In this document: piece by piece, positions 8,223 to 8,588 of the stretch | Layout: every line of letters starts with the position of its first letter | How positions within the stretch are numbered: the stretch's first letter is position 1 | Translations under genes and position numbers: made by a program | Origin: a virus | Lineage: Duplodnaviria > Heunggongvirae > Uroviricota > Caudoviricetes | Length of the DNA: 8,588 nt | Virus record (IMG/VR): IMGVR_UViG_2563366821_000008 | Strand: one strand, 5' to 3' | The notes under the pieces: generated by a model | What the model was told of the DNA's origin: nothing | Seen by the model: the letters and a program-made list of their open reading frames with translations, nothing else | Database searches by the model: none

Positions 8223-8248
8223 AAAAAAGGGGAGCACTCAGGCTCCCC
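8222..8248 (-). terminator. Rho-independent terminator for the - strand dinI-like gene (may also attenuate + strand read-through)
   Basis: Stem ggggagc (8229-8235) / gctcccc (8242-8248) with loop actcag. On the + strand it is preceded by a7 (8222-8228), giving U7 after the stem on the - strand transcript. Confidence 0.65.
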
Positions 8249-8339
8249 AACCAGAAGAAGTCGCTTGAAACGACAAGCTCGTTGTTATGCCTTTTAAGAA
8301 TGTCATACAAAACAGGTCATTACAGTGATTATGATCCCG

Positions 8340-8588
8340 TTATTGCATAAACCAGTCGTCCGCGGTTTGCCAGACTTCCTGTAGTGTTTCCTGTACGAAC
8401 TCCAGTGCTGATTCTTTATCGACGGCTCTTAAAATGGTGAGTCCATCATTGCTGGCAGATTTAACGATCACATCTGCATCGTCATATCGCTTACCTATGC
8501 GGCGCAGCATTTCTTGCTGCAGAGCAGGAACAGAACCTTTCGGCATTTTGCTGATTTTTTCTTTAGCGATACAGATCTCAACACGCAT
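8340..8588 (-). CDS. dinI: DinI-family DNA-damage-inducible protein (prophage DinI-like), 82 aa
   Basis: Translation [35 protein letters not shown]...[14 protein letters not shown] has the length and the MR(I/V)E..IAK start and W..ADDWF end of E. coli DinI as I recall it. The start codon lies exactly at the window edge, so the promoter and any LexA box are outside the window. Confidence 0.85.
   Translation of the reverse strand: MRVEICIAKEKISKMPKGSVPALQQEMLRRIGKRYDDADVIVKSASNDGLTILRAVDKESALEFVQETLQEVWQTADDWFMQ

Larger units (their letters stand above)
1..8588. mobile_element. Segment of a lambdoid phage/prophage late region (tail tip and host-range module)
   Basis: Co-linear + strand order I - J - lom - stf, each recognised from its translation by resemblance to the phage lambda protein as I remember it; a dinI-like gene lies convergent at the right end. 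No integrase or att site is in the window, so the boundaries are not visible. Confidence 0.85.

Noticed and set aside
7770-8237. 155-aa - strand ORF antisense to ORF92 and ORF98
   Set aside because: The His/Arg-rich translation is implausible, and it would run through the hairpin at 8229-8248 that serves as the dinI terminator. The + strand genes have proper ribosome-binding sites and sensible products.
8340-8588. LexA/SOS box regulating the dinI-like gene
   Set aside because: The promoter region lies beyond the window end (upstream of 8588 on the - strand). Nothing in the window can support or refute it, so no regulatory feature was called.

Overview
This window reads as the distal tail / host-range region of a lambda-like (lambdoid) phage or prophage from an enterobacterial host, all identified by reading the supplied translations against remembered phage lambda proteins (no database search was possible). 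Gene order on the + strand is: 3' end of tail assembly gene I, a ~343-bp AT-rich non-coding insert carrying two strong hairpins, host-specificity gene J (1266 aa, with an expanded coiled-coil segment containing an 87-bp tandem repeat), lom, and a mosaic side tail fibre gene stf. Where lambda has tfa, stf is instead followed by two tightly packed small genes of unknown function (an acidic 92-aa protein and a 98-aa membrane protein), then a convergent dinI-family gene on the - strand. The most interesting candidates are the stf-linked two-gene module, the non-lambda C-terminal domain of Stf, and the structured non-coding insert between I and J.
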